DNA from: Candidatus Neptunichlamydia sp. | Lineage (GTDB): Bacteria > Chlamydiota > Chlamydiia > Chlamydiales > Simkaniaceae | Reading direction: 5' to 3' | Assembly (NCBI GenBank): GCA_030408485.1 | Contig: JAUHQH010000068.1 | Span: 1-40,122, forward strand | DNA: 40,122 nt | In this document: positions 39,850 through 40,122 of the stretch, piece by piece | Numbering within the stretch: position 1 is the first letter of the stretch | Layout of the letters: each line of letters opens with the position of its first letter | Notes under the pieces: generated by a model | What the model was told of the DNA's origin: nothing | Database searches by the model: none | Seen by the model: the letters and a program-made list of their open reading frames with translations, nothing else | Position numbers and translations under genes: made by a program

Positions 39850-40122
39850 CCTGAATAGAGATTAGAAAAGATTGTGGACACCCAGCTTGCTCCAATTTTG
39901 TCTCTTATTTTGCAAAAGAGACTATACTCAGGTGTTGCTTCTCTCAGCGTAAGCCCACAAAACCATTTGGTTGCATTGTTTTCTTGGAGATAAGGGTCTA
40001 ACTCTCGATCACTGAGGTTTCTCATGAGTTAGAGGAGAATGTATGTAAAAAGACGTAAGATCCCATACTCTTTGTTTGGATTGTTTGTCTCTAGTTCTGT
40101 CTCTTATACACATCTGACGCTG
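39850..40122 (-). mobile_element. IS5-like (DUF772) transposase fragment, runs to the window edge
   Basis: LSDRELDPYLQENNATKWFCGLTLREATPEYSLFCKIRDKIG; same family as 34330-34905. Confidence 0.7.

Noticed and set aside
1-40122. CRISPR arrays, tRNA/rRNA genes, prophage, recoded stop codons
   Set aside because: No regularly spaced repeats, RNA gene signatures or phage genes seen; TAG terminates normal genes (e.g. rpmJ), so in-frame TAGs indicate decay rather than recoding.

Overview
AT-rich bacterial DNA with a Chlamydiae gene order: mnmE-nth-psd-secA, prmC-ffh, a Pkn1-type kinase/FGE fusion, and GYF_2 gene-rpsN-rpmJ divergent from rpmH-rnpA. Heptosyltransferases and thiamine-salvage genes suggest an environmental, non-Chlamydiaceae lineage (inference). 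Intact housekeeping blocks are separated by heavily decayed IS debris (IS3, ISNCY/IS1202-like, IS200, IS30, IS1, IS630, IS5-like) and pseudogenes. Main findings: (1) a ~1260-codon candidate polymorphic toxin split by two +1 frameshifts; its hidden C-terminus (RVMPG..PYV..DG..THIP) is TAATG-coupled to an intact acidic candidate immunity gene. (2) A promoter followed by a leaderless His-rich leader peptide carrying an anti-SD, upstream of a TyrP-family permease (candidate translational attenuator). (3) A TPP riboswitch ahead of a collapsed thiM::thiD-MFS-tenA operon in which only the transporter is intact. (4) A 116-bp MITE with terminal inverted repeats and a 5-bp target-site duplication. All calls come from reading the sequence; no searches were run.
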